Positions 52,072 to 64,000 of a stretch of 64,000 nucleotides of DNA are shown here, piece after piece; position 1 is the stretch's first letter, and every line of letters starts with the position of its first letter. A model generated the notes under the pieces. That model saw only the letters and a program-made list of their open reading frames with translations. It did no database searches and was not told where the DNA came from. Made by a program: the position numbers and the translations under genes. The DNA lies in NCBI RefSeq assembly GCF_006345805.1, contig NC_043017.1, forward strand, positions 16,802,001 through 16,866,000, in the 5' to 3' direction. This DNA comes from Octopus sinensis (Eukaryota).

Positions 52072-53659
52072 CAGTCACTTACCGCCCACTTCCCAAGACT
52101 TCCTTTTACTAGTGGGAGCTTTATCTATTTCTCTTTTCTCTGTTCTTTTCTGTTTTGCGAGCTATAAGGTAACCTCACAAATGCCAGTGACACGAAAAAG
52201 GTACCCAATACACTCTGTAAAGTAGCTGGTATTAGGAAGGGCATCCAGCCATAGAAACCGAACCACGCCAAAGATGAAGATGGAGCTCAACACAGCACTA
52301 CAACTTGCTAATTCCTGTCAAGCTGTCCTATTGATGCCAACACAGGAAGCAGACACGAAATGATGATGATTGGCATTTCACATGTTATGGTGGAAATGCC
52401 AAAAGAAGTACACAAACTTCTCCAGAGTTGTTTCTCATACTTGCTGGAAAAAGGAAAACATTTTTTTTTCTCACTGCATATTCTATTTTAGCCTTTTCAT
52501 GATCTATATTTGCCAAATAATAAATCAACTAAATGTGGGTACAGATAATAAGGACATACAAGATTTCTGCAAAAAGAGTGGCTATCTACAGTACAAACTT
52601 CAAAAAGCCAGAAAGCTGATAAACTGTTACTTAAATAGACTTCAGAATGAACCAGATTGGATTTGTACTCATCAAGAATATGATGTATGCTTTAAAAATG
52701 CAGGACCAAATTATTACCTGGTGAAGAACATACCCCTTAGCATAGGTTAGTAGTTAAGTATCTCGAAAGTAAAAGACTGAAGAAGGAAGTATAGAAGTCG
52801 AAAGATTTCCATTACATAAAATTTTTAAACAGAACCGTATGATGCTTATCAAAACAGAGTCAACAGTCGGGGGTTTATTAAGAGGCAATAGCAAACTGCT
52901 GCAAGCCACAAATAGATTCTCTTGATGGAACAGAGCCTCAGTTAGGTATTGGTTAACACAAGAGTAGAATAATACAAATGGTAACTTTGTAAGAACTGAA
53001 AAAAAAAAAGAAAAGACCGCAAGGTGTAACACTAAGAAGCCAGATGGAAAGATATATCTAGCTCAAAGGGTTTGCTCTATGCCATGAGATAAGATGGATA
53101 ATTTAGGGGAATGAGGTTGTCACTTGGGAGGGGTTTGTTCAAGAGAAAATGGGTAAATTTTCTCTCAATGATACTAAAAAGAAAAAAGTTGTAGTAGTGC
53201 AACTATAAATGGTTGAACTAACTTAGATACCAATGTCACTTTCAGTAAGACTATTCAGGAAATTAAAGTTTCTAAAACAGTAAGTCATATAAAGGAAAGA
53301 TGCTGGGATAACAGCATCTATGAAGGTCATAAAATAGTACCCCATCAGGAATCACTGCTGAAATTCTTAAAATATCAAATAGTGTGGAACATGGATCAAG
53401 TGGTACAGGAGGGTGTCACACCCATAACTGACAGAGAGATAATATTTATCCCCACTTAAAAGTGGATGTTCTATTAGAACAAACTATACTGCAGTAGCTA
53501 TCATGAGAGAAACTTTCATATTGGCTTTTTGGTGCAAAGGGCACTCTTGTTTATATTGCTAGAAGGGGAAATAAACCCCCACTGCCTCCAGCACTAAGAC
53601 CACCAGATCATGTGATTTCAACCTTGTTTTGGTCTTGTCAATGGTGGACACTCGACCTC

Positions 53660-55920
53660 TAGAGGCAGCAGCAATTCATCTCCCTGACAGCAATATATAG
53701 ATTGACAGCGCCAGAACAGGCAAAGATAACTGGCACAGTATCATCATCCACTGCTACAAAGGCATTCCACAGAGAGAGGAAACTACAAAGGTAAGAAACC
53801 AGGTTACAAAGGTTAAGAAAAGAATCAAAGCACAACTGATTGGTGAGGAGAGGTAACAAAGACATTATGCAGTTTGGTTTCATGCCAGGAAAATGTCCTT
53901 TTCTAGGGAAACAACTGCAGGAGAAGTAGCTAACAAGGAATAATCCCCTATAACTAGCTTTTGTTGACCAAAAGAAAGCCTTTGAGAGAGCTCCCTTCTC
54001 CATGATCTGATGGTCATTCAGTAAGGAAGCTTAGAGTGGATGAACAACAGGTGAGAACAGTCCAAGTTACATACTAAGGTAAAATTAGGAAGGTGAAGAT
54101 TATGGATGATTACTGCAATGAATTCAATGTGAATCTAGGAGTACACAAGGGATCGGTCCTCAGCTTCCTTCTGTTCATTATAGTCCTCCAGAACATATCA
54201 AGGAGTTTAAAACCAGCTGCCTGCGGGAGCTCCTATATGCTGATGACTCAGCCCTTACAGATCAATCAGTGATAGAATTAGAAAAGAAATTTCAGACATG
54301 GAGACAAAACCGAGAATCAAAGGACCTTAAGGTGAACTTTTGCAAAGACTAAGACTAAACAGGGTCCTGTTTCCATACAGAAAATGGCCTTGCTTGACAT
54401 TGAGAAAAAGAGTAAGAAGGAATTCCATAGTGTAGTTGGTGAAAAATGTGGATACACAAGAGATGCAGTGGAATCACAGGTAGTCTAACAGACAATGTAA
54501 ACTTCATATACAGCAGGTGCTCAGAAGCAATAAGTACCAAGAACACCTGTGATATAGATTCAATGAATTATCTAGGCGCAGGAGTGGCTGTGTGGTAAGT
54601 AGCTTACTTACCAACCACATAGTTCCGGGTTCAGTCCCACTGCGTGGCACCTTGGGCATGTGTCTTCTACTGTAGCCTTGGGTCGACCAAAGCCTTGTGA
54701 GTGGATTTGGTAGATAGAAACTGAAAGAAGCCCGTCGTATATATGTATGTATATATATATATGTCTGTGTTTGTCCCCCCAACATCGCTTGACAACCGAT
54801 GCTGGTGTGTTTACGTCCCCATAACTTAGCGGTTCGGCAAAAGAGACCGATAGAATAAGTACTAGGCTTACAAAGAATAAGTCCTGGGGTCGATTTGCTT
54901 GACTAAAGGCAGTGCTACAGCATAGCTGCAGTCAAATGACTGAAACAAGTAAAAGAGTAGTTGCCTACAAGTAGTTCATAACTTGTTACTTAGGGTGGGT
55001 GTTCTAAGAGCAGAGTCTCCAAAGTAAAAATTAGTTGGAGAAAGTTCAGAGAGCTCTCATCTCTGCCAGCAACAAAGGGCTTCCTCTTCAGACTGGAATG
55101 TAAATTGTGTGAAGCTTCTGTGCAAAATACAATGCTGTATAATAGTTGGGTGTGGGTCTTGGACATAAGGAATCTGCAACGGCTCACAAGAAATGAAGCA
55201 AGGATGCTCCATCGGATGTGTAATACCAGTGTGCATGAGCAGCAGAAAACAAATGAGCAAGCAAGAGAAAAGACCATGTTGGTATTAGCAGAATCGTTAG
55301 CACGACGTGTGAAATGCTTAGAAGTATTTCGTCTGCCGCTACGTTCAGAGTTCAAATTCCGCCGAGGTTGACTTTGCCTTTCATCCTTTCGGGGTCGATA
55401 AATTAAGTACCAGTTACACACTGGGGGTCGATGTAATCGATCTAATCCCTCTGTCTGTCCTGTTTGTCCCCTCTATGTTTAGCCCCTTGTGGGCAATAAA
55501 GAAATAAGAAATATTAGCATGCCGGGCGAAATGCTTATCCATATTTCGTCTGCTGCTATGTTCTGAGTTCAAATTCCGCCGAGGTTGACTTTGCCTTTCA
55601 TCCTTTCAGGGTTGATTAAAAAAGGACCAGACACGCACTGGGGTCGATGTAATCGACTTAATCCGTTTGTCTGTCCTTGTTTGTCCTCTCTGTGTTTAGC
55701 CCCTTGTGGGTAGTAAAGAAATAGGTATTAGCACATGCGGTGTATAGAGGAGGACAGGTGTATAAAAATGTGCTACTTGTTCAGGTAGATGAAACCTGTG
55801 GCAGGAGACCGATGATGATTTGAGACCAAGTGGTGCAGTCAGATCGGAAGCTGTAACAATTCATGAAGGAGATGTCAAAGGACTACGTTGATGGGTAGTA
55901 TGCTGTGTGAGAGAAGAACT
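53660..55920 (+). mobile_element. Degraded RTE LINE RT/C-terminus interrupted by SINE A (54575-54958) and a SINE B dimer (55285-55725)
   Basis: LAFVDQKKAFERAP, ELLYADD and RLTRNEARMLHRMCN. The dimer is flanked by GGTATTAGCA. Confidence 0.85.
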
Positions 55921-56594
55921 TGCTCGCCTGCTCAGACATGTCAGGAGGGGCATTAAAATTATGTCTGTTTGTATATATACAAACAAGTTCGACATATGTA
56001 TGAACGGGCGTGCCAGCACGTAAGCATGTCTACCTACAATCTAGCCCATATCAATGACCTCTTAAATAGCCTCTCACCCTCGTATCCATATCGCTTGCTC
56101 CTCTACCTCTTGTCTCTTCCACCCATGACCTCATTCGCTTAAACCTTCATTTCCCTTGCTTGTGCTCCCTGCACCTAAGTGATTATTACTCATGTTCCGC
56201 TCACCACCACCACCTCTTATCAATCACACTGCACTATGCTATCAGTATGACTAAATATGGCAGTGGTTCACCACACACTGCACTCTCTCACCTTTACCTT
56301 TACCACTTGTGTGCTGTTCACCATAAACTGCATTCTTTCACTCATACCTATTTCTTATCTCTCGGTCGCTCCTTCTTTTCTTTTAATTTTCACTCTGAGA
56401 ATAGCAGAGGATTTCTTCCGTTCTCCACATTGCTTCCAGTCACAATGCCACAGAACCTATTCCGACTCTCTCCCCACTATTCCTATATGTAGCTTTCTGG
56501 TACAGGACCCATCTGCTTTCCATTCATCAAGCTTTCACCTTCGTTCCTCAACCCTTCAAGCCCATTTTGTCACCTGTGTGCAAGAAACTACATT

Positions 56595-56885
56595 GTAAGC
56601 CTAGTACTTATTCTATCGGTCTCTTTTGCCGAACCGCTAAGTTATGGGGACGTAAACACACCAGCATCGGTTGTCAAGCGATGTTGGGGGGACAAACACA
56701 GACACACACACATATATATATATGACGAGCTTCTTTCAGTTTCCGTCTACCAAATCCACCCACATGGCTTTGGTCGGCCCGAGGCTATAGTAGAAGACAC
56801 TTGCCCAAGGTGCCACGCAGTGGGACTGAACCCAGAACTATGTGGTTGGTAAGCAAGCTCCTTACCACACAGCCACTCCTGCACC
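56595..56885 (-). mobile_element. SINE family A, 3'-truncated
   Basis: Reverse complement of the head, core and middle. Confidence 0.85.
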
Positions 56886-57192
56886 TTAGATAATGGATTG
56901 AATCTATATCACAGCTCATTCAACCTTCACCCTCCCTTCCTCTACTGCCCATCACTACTCAGTGTCGCCATCATTGCTCATCAATACTCATTCTCTTTCT
57001 CTCGGGCTTCTGTCCTCACTCTATTTTTTTTTCTTTTTTAGATCACACAGACTTTTGCCAACTCCCTGCTTTATTACCCCCTGAATATTGGTCTCTATCT
57101 TAGAGTAAAGAGTACTCCCATCACACATTTCTCTCATCACTATCATTTATACTTCTATCGATCATGCTTCACACTGTTAAGCAGCTGATGGA

Positions 57193-57224
<32 letters not shown>

Positions 57225-57647
57225 ATGATGATGATGGTGATGATGATGATGATGATGATGATGAGAGTAGTGAATAAGTAGGGTGATATATGTATAACTG
57301 AGTATGAAAATCAAATAAGAAAATACATTAAAACTCCTAAAAAGCCCTAAAATCAAGAATTTCTATTTTATTTTTTTACAACAACAATAACAACAACTAC
57401 TGCTACTACAAAGAAAAAAACATTTTACAAATTTCAGGACAGAGATATAATCAACTAAATAACTAAGAGTACAGAACTGACAAGTTATTTTTTATTCCTG
57501 AGCTACAGAGAAAATGATGAAAGACTTTAGAAATGGTTTGAACTTAGAACATAAAGGGAAATAAGTAATACTAGAAACCATTCTGTCCAGTACTTTACTG
57601 TATAGCAATCTACCACTTTTATATATAGTCTATCAGCTGATAATAAA

Positions 57648-58150
57648 TCTTTATATATAAAAGTGAGGTTGTGTGCTGTCTGTCTCCTACGATTTAGATT
57701 CCTAACTACTCCCACATTTTGCGGTGCAGTTTAACCAAAAGCGGGTATCTTATAGTCGTGATTCATATCGAGCCCTTCTAGGTATTAGCACGCGTCTACA
57801 ATGAGTCTACGATTTAAAAAAAAATTTACCATCATTTTTTTCCATTTTAATGCACCTTTTTCGCTATTATATAAGGGAAGTAACTCTCTAAAAATGTCTA
57901 CGATGAGTCAACGATTTAAAAAAAAATTTATCATAATTTTTTTCCATTTTAATGCATTTTTTCGCTATTATATAAGGGAAGTAACTCTTTAAAAATGTCT
58001 ACGATGAGTCAACGATTTAAAAAAAAATTTACCATCATTTTTTTCCCATTTTTAATGCATTTTTTTGCTATTTTTTGGCTATAACTCTCTAAAAATGCTT
58101 ATATAGTTATTTCCCTTACAAACCTGAGCAACGCCGGGCGATACTGCCAG
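57648..58150 (+). mobile_element. Non-autonomous Helitron with three ~101-bp internal tandem repeats
   Basis: A|TC start (TCTTTATATATAAAAG), 3' hairpin-like CCTGAGCAACGCCGGG followed by CCAG|T, and no TSD. Repeat units begin at 57794, 57896 and 57997. Confidence 0.8.
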
Positions 58151-58189
58151 TAGAATATAAAAATATCTGCAGTGAAGCAAGTGACTTAC

Positions 58190-58420
58190 CATCTAAACGA
58201 CAGTGATTTGGACTCGAACTTGAAGTGCTTGTAGAGAGGTTTGTATTCGTGGTGTCAATGGACTGTGTGTCTCCAGTCCCACTCAAATCAGAGTAAGCTA
58301 GACTGTTTGCATTTGGTTCGTAGAAATGTCCAATTAATAAGCGGCTGTCTAAAGTGTGTGATCTTCTGTCATCCTCTACTGGTCCATCGTCAGCTGTGTC
58401 AGAACTTCCTCGATCTGAAT
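58190..58420 (-). CDS. Internal coding exon (231 nt, phase 1-1) of an unnamed minus-strand gene: DSDRGSSDTADDGPVEDDRRSHTLDSRLLIGHFYEPNANSLAYSDLSGTGDTQSIDTTNTNLSTSTSSSSPNHCRLD
   Basis: Pyrimidine tract ctctctctctttttaattAG acceptor and G|GTAAGT donor. The 77 codons are stop-free, the length is divisible by 3, and the sequence is non-repetitive. It joins in frame to the 49789 exon. Confidence 0.85.
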
Positions 58421-59324
58421 CTAATTAAAAAGAGAGAGAGAGATAAATAAATCAAATATAAATCAAATATAAATAAAACATTAAAATCATTTCAGATAAC
58501 TGAATGTACTGTTTTTATATAGGGATTTCTTTTAAAACAAAGTATATCGTGGCCGTTGCCAGCCTCGCCTGGCACGTAAAAAGCACCCACTACACTCTCG
58601 GAGTGGTTGGCATTAGGAAGGGCATCCAGCTGTAGAAACACTGCCAGATCAGACTGGAGCCTGGTGCAGCCTTCTGGCTTCCCAGATCCCCAGTCGAACC
58701 GTCCAACCCATGCTAGCATGGAGAACGGACGTTAAATGATGATGATATCATCAACTGATACCAAACTTCAGTATATGGATGTATTTTTCTCAGTACAAGT
58801 AATATAAGATATTGTACAAATTCATCTAAGAACAGCCGATTATTTATATATACAGCTGTAAAGTAAATAGTTGTGGACAATAAAAATAAGAAAAACGTGG
58901 AAATTTTACAGGTGAGTGTGTTACATAACAACGCACAAAAAGAAAATGACTCTCCCCAGACACAACAGAATATGCTTCAACACACAAACTCATATAAAGA
59001 ATCTTGCAAACCAAATCCAAAAATGAAATATAGATTTATTATTTTAGCAAAGAATCTCCACTTTCATCAACCCAAATAGGTCTTCAAAAACTAATATATA
59101 TTAGACATTATCAAACACACATACTCAATGTGTGTGCTTTGCTTCATTGCCAGTTGGCTGCAATTTGATAGGGTAGAGATGACTGTCAAAACATTGCATG
59201 TTAAAACCCTGTAAGTCATGGACAGGCAAAACTTTCGGGTGTTTTAACAGCCAGCACTTTGAGAGCATCATCTCCACCACATCACATCGCAGCCTATTGG
59301 TGAACAAGCAAAGCGTATACACTC

Positions 59325-59732
59325 TCTCTTTACTCTTTTACTCTTTTACTTGTTTCAGTCATTTGACTGCGGCCATGCTGGAGCACCGCCTTTAGTCGAA
59401 CAAATCGACCCCAGGACTTATTCTTTGTAAGCCCAGTACTTATTCTATCAGTCTCTTTTGCCGGACCGCTAAGTAACGGGGACGTAAACACACCAGCATC
59501 GGTTGTCAAGCTAGGGGGACAAACACAGACACACAAACACACATATATATATATATACATACATATATACGACAGGCTTCTTTCAGTTTCCGTCTACCAA
59601 ATCCACTCACAAGGCATTGGTCGGCCCGGGGCTATAGCAGAAGACACTTGCCCAAGATGCCATGCAGTGAGACGGAACTCGGAACCATGTGGTTGGTTAG
59701 CAAGCTACTTACCACACAGCCACTCCTGCGCC
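59325..59732 (-). mobile_element. SINE family A copy
   Basis: Full-length reverse complement. Further minus copies at 61283-61668 and 63677-64000. Confidence 0.9.
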
Positions 59733-59974
59733 TACACTGAGTATGCATGTTCAATAATGTTTACAACACTAGCGCTTCTTCTAATTTATATTTAATATAT
59801 ATTGAATTTCAAAGTATTAGAGGCACACAAAAACGACCTGTATAAATTATTAAATTACCAGTTACCAAAGAGAAAATGAAAAAATATAAAAAGGGGAGGA
59901 TTTATGGGAGAACTGAGAGGGTAGGAAGAAAGTTAGATATTGTGGATGGGTGGATCAGTAAAACCAAATGCAAT

Positions 59975-60197
59975 TTAACCCTTTCATTACCATATTTAGA
60001 GATGCTCTGTATTTCATTCAATTAATTTTAAATATAAAGAATTTAGTAAAATAATTTAGTTATCATTAAGCTGGTGTTAGGAACATAAATTGTGACTAAG
60101 GTTTGGTGGAAGATTTTAATTCGAAACTTGTGAAAACAAGACATTTGTACTACAGTGCCAGGGGCGGTTTCAACCGAGTTAGTATTGAAAAGGTTAA
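59975..60197. mobile_element. piggyBac-type MITE (family 1)
   Basis: TTAACCCTTTC start. The body is highly similar to 16146-16373 and ends AAAAGGTTAA. Confidence 0.8.
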
Positions 60198-60269
60198 AGA
60201 ACTATTTAGAGTTTATTAAGTTCTAAAATACCAAGAGTGATATTTACTATGCTAGAATGTCCTGATATA

Positions 60270-60550
60270 GAGAGATGATCCACTATTTTACAAATGACAT
60301 AATACTCAGTTTGTGTTGGAAGAAGGTGTTCATAATAGAGTGCCTATTTCCAGCAAAGAAGTCTAGTAAGGCCTCTTCATTTGCATCAAGTTCAGGGTCA
60401 CCATTCCTCTAACATGTGCATTGAAATTTCATTGAGGACAAACAGCTCTGTCTTAACTACATCTAAAGCTGCAGTGACTTTGTATTTGTATTTGGCTTCA
60501 CTGTTTGCTGCATATGCTCACAACTGCCACAGTAGTCCTCCTTTCAATCT
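60270..60550 (-). mobile_element. RTE APE-endonuclease remnant
   Basis: Fragments AYAANSEAK, FNAHV and NEEALLDFFAGNRHSIMNTFFQHK. Confidence 0.65.
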
Positions 60551-62449
60551 CCAATCATCATCATCATCATTGTTTAACGTCCGCTTTCCATGCTAGCATG
60601 GGTTGGACGAATGACTGAGGGCTGGCGAACCAGATGGCTGCACCAGGCTTCAATCTTGATCTGGCAGAGTTTCTACAGCTTGATGCCCTTCCTAACACCA
60701 ACCACTCCGAGAGTGTAGCGGGTGCTTTTACGTGCCACTGGCATGGGGGCCAGTCAGGCGACACTGGCAACGACCTCACTTGAATCTTTTACACATGCCA
60801 CCGGCACAGGTGCCAGTGAGGTGATGCTGGTAATGATCACGCTCAAAGTGATCCATGTGAGCAATAAATGTTTCATTTCAGGCAACTTACTCCAATGATG
60901 AAACCATCTGTCCTTTTGCCTTGTTATCCTTAAATCCTTAAAAATGTTTTAGCCCAAAGGCCGCGGCCATGCTGGGGCACCCAGTTTGTTTTTAAATGGG
61001 TCGTATGGTTGTTGCTTCATTCAATTCAAGTGAACAGCCGACCTCTAACTTTCTAACTCTATTTTCATAACTTTTAATTTGAGCTTCTTTGAAATAAAAA
61101 GCTTTTAATACATTTAAAGAAAAAATTTAAAGCAGCTGTTCTCATTTATTTCTCTTTTTATCCGTTGCTACAGGAGAAAAAAATATTTAAATAAAGAGGA
61201 AAAGAAAGCAACATCACAAAGAGAAAAAAAAAATTTGAAACAATGAGGGCTTCTACTGCTGCTATGATGGGAACACGATAGGTTACTCTTTTACTTGTTT
61301 CAGTCATTTGACTGCGGCCATGCTGTAGCACCGCCTTTAATCGAGCAACTCGACCCTGGGACTTATTCTTTTGTAAGCCCAGTACTTATTCTATCGGTCT
61401 CTTTTGCCGAACTGCTAAGTAACTGGGACGTAAACACACCAGCATCGGTTGTCTAGGGGGACAAACACAGACACACAAACGCATATATATATATACATAT
61501 ATATACGACGGGCTTCTTTCAGTTTCTGTCTACCAAATCCACTCACAAGGCTTTGGTCAGCCTGAGGCTAGAGTAGAAGACACTTGCCCAAGGTGCCACG
61601 CAGTGGGACTGAACCCGGAACCATGTGGTTGGCAAACGAGCTACTTACCACACAGCCACTCCTGCGCCTATGCTATGATATTTGAATTTCTTTAACTGGG
61701 ACCATGCGGTAAGAAATTTATCACAAATTAAATAGAAACATGCTACAATCAAGTAAAGTCAAAAAACATGGTAATTGAAATCATTTCTGTAACTGGAAAA
61801 GGGCAAATTAATGTGATTCTCTGCCAATACACAATGCTTACAGTATAAATAAGGTTAATAATTTTGTGATGTTAATGCAAAGATGGAATCAAAGCCAAAT
61901 TGTAGATTTGGATTGTTAGGAGCTACACAAATCACTTATTTTTCAACCACAATTAAGATGTGGGAAGGCACAAGGCTTACTGGTCAGGGTGTCGCACTCA
62001 CAATCACGAGATCATGGGTTCGAATCCTGGACCAGGTGGCAATTTGTGTTCTTGAGCAAAACACTTCATTTCATATTGCTTTGCAGGTGTAAGAGTAGCA
62101 GAATCGTTGACGTGTAAGCAGAAGTGCTTTACAGCATATCTTCCGGTTTTCTACATTCTGAGTTCAAATCTTACCTGCCTTGGAGCCAAAGTTCCAGTAA
62201 TCTACTTAACGGCAACTGGGGATGGTATAGGCCCTCCCAGATCATATAGAGAGTGATGGAGAAGGTTCACATGCACAAGACTTAGCCAAGGGCAGACCAT
62301 CACTGGAGAAGCCAGTCAGTGTGAACCTGAGACTTCATTCCCTTCATACCAATAATAGTCCAACCACTGACATTCATTCTACTTCCAAATTTTCATGTTC
62401 CCTTTGGGAAAACATTTTTCTTACAGTACGGAAGATATGAAGTCTTAAA

Positions 62450-63240
62450 AGTCTGAGGTGCATTCCAGAAGTTTTAAGACCTTTTTTAAGAGAAGCATTT
62501 ATACCTGTCCTACATTATTTATTTCTTTACTGCCCACAAGGGGCTAAACATAGAGGGGACAAACAAGGACAGACAAAGGGATTAAGTCAATTACATCGAC
62601 CCCAGTGCAAAGTGGTACTTTATTTATCGACCCCGAAAGGATGAAAGGCAAAGTCGACCTTGGCAGAATTTGAACTTGGAACATAACAACAGACAAAATA
62701 CCGCCCCTATCCTACATTATTGTAATTTTAGTATATCATTACAATACATCCAATAAGCCGACCTGCCACCTTTCATTATTCCTGACTGAAGGAGAGAGCT
62801 GTAACAACTCTTTGAATACACTCTACTATACAATGCTTGTCACAGCCGGCTACTTTGCAGAATCCAGTTGGAACACTTTGAAGCTTTGCTACACAATGAA
62901 GTTTTGAGCAAAAACACTACAGAAACTTATGAAATGCTCCAGACTTGCATCTGGACTAACTTGTCTGAGCTGAACGTCTGTTTCTTGCTGACACAAGAGG
63001 TTCAGGGACAATAAGAAGGAAGACGAGAGACAACGAGAAGTGTGAAAGAGACAGCAGAACGTCAGAGTTGGTTGAGAAAATTTAGAATTTTCTGGATGAA
63101 GATTTTGGTGTGTCTAGCCAGACAATAAGCATAGTTTGGAGTGGATGTGGCTACTGTACACAGAATTATTCATGAAGATATGAATATACACAAAATTTGT
63201 ACAAAGTTTGTTCCCAGGGTACTCGGTGACAAGCATCCTG
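62450..63240 (+). mobile_element. Mariner transposase remnant (N-terminal HTH region)
   Basis: TETYEMLQT and ATVHRIIHEDMNIHKICTKFVPRVL (WVPxxL-like linker). Confidence 0.75.
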
Positions 63241-63380
63241 ATACCCAACTACTTGACAACAGAAAAAGTCTGAAAGTTTCTGAAACGCACCTTGTATGCA
63301 AACAAGAATACTTATCAATTAAAGATGTTTATACACTGCCTTTGTCAAGTCTTCTATAATAGGTTATTACTAACAACTAC

Positions 63381-63635
63381 ACAAATGAAACAATACAAAC
63401 AATTGCATAAGCAAAATGATCAACCGCTGTCCGAGCAAGCATTCCGGTTTGAATTACCTTCATGCCAGATGTCTTACTAGAGTAGAGCTGACTAAATAAT
63501 AAGTCAATAAGCAACTGCACAAATGAAACTATACTAATTGCATAAGCAAAACCACTGTCCAAGCAAGCATTCCAGTTTGAATTATCTTCATGCCAGATGT
63601 CCTACCTCAGCAGAGCCGACTGAATAAGTCAATAT
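63381..63635. repeat. Two-copy diverged tandem repeat, period 138 bp
   Basis: Units start at 63381 and 63519 (ACAAATGAAAC...TTGCATAAGCAAAA...GCAAGCATTCC.GTTTGAATTA.CTTCATGCCAGATGTC). Confidence 0.8.
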
Positions 63636-64000
63636 CAAATTGTTTGTTTTAACTAAATTCACTTGCAATTCACATTTACTCTTTACTCTCTTTTACTTGT
63701 TTCAGTCATTTGACTGCGGCCATGCTGGAGCACCACCTTTAATCGAGCAACTCGACCCCAGGACTTATTCTTTTGTAAGCCCAGTACTTATTCTATCGGT
63801 CTCTTTTGCCAAACCGCTAAGTAACGGGGACGTAAACACACCAGCATCAGTTGTCAAGCAATGCTAGGGGGACAAACACAGACACACAAACATACACACA
63901 TATATACGACGGGCTTCTTTCAGTTTCTGTCTACCAAATCCACTCACAAGGCTTTGGTCGGCCCGAGGCTATAGTAGAAGACACTTGCCCAAGGTGCCAC

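Noticed and set aside
52370-53030. 126-aa plus ORF with protein-like composition
   Set aside because: It lies directly upstream of degraded LINE RT-like sequence (53100-54500) and its continuation is full of stops. Most likely decayed LINE ORF2.
57794-58090. Regularly spaced repeats resembling a CRISPR array
   Set aside because: The DNA is eukaryotic, and the whole ~101-bp unit is repeated with no unique spacers. It is internal to a Helitron.

Overview
Eukaryotic, AT-rich, repeat-saturated genomic DNA. It is most likely from an octopus (coleoid cephalopod), inferred from the tRNA-derived SINE families, RTE LINE debris and (TA)n/(CA)n microsatellite load; this was not checked against a database. 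Almost all ORFs in the supplied track are microsatellite or transposon read-through. One host gene is supported, on the minus strand, and the ORF track misses it. It has three phase-1 coding exons with canonical AG/GT sites (58420-58190, 49789-49748, 38861-38683). They splice into one open frame encoding a Ser/Asp-rich, disorder-like C-terminal region (DSDRGSSD...LAYSDL...GPSWWIGYPSRCNPSFYMA*). The 5' part of the gene lies beyond the window, so the product cannot be named. An ITIM-like motif and a DS.RG.S motif suggest a receptor or protocadherin-type cytoplasmic tail. The gene shows tandem splice donors and a candidate alternative last exon carrying an ITSM-like TLYSEV. The rest of the window is SINEs, RTE, RTE-BovB, Dong/R4-like and Hero-like LINE remnants, Tc1/mariner fragments, Helitron fragments, piggyBac-type and 8-bp-TSD MITEs, and foldback elements embedded in (TA)n. 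Also notable are a pair of Penelope-type minimal hammerhead ribozyme motifs, a pre-miRNA-like hairpin and a weak plus-strand spliced unit. No rRNA, true tRNA gene or CRISPR array was seen.
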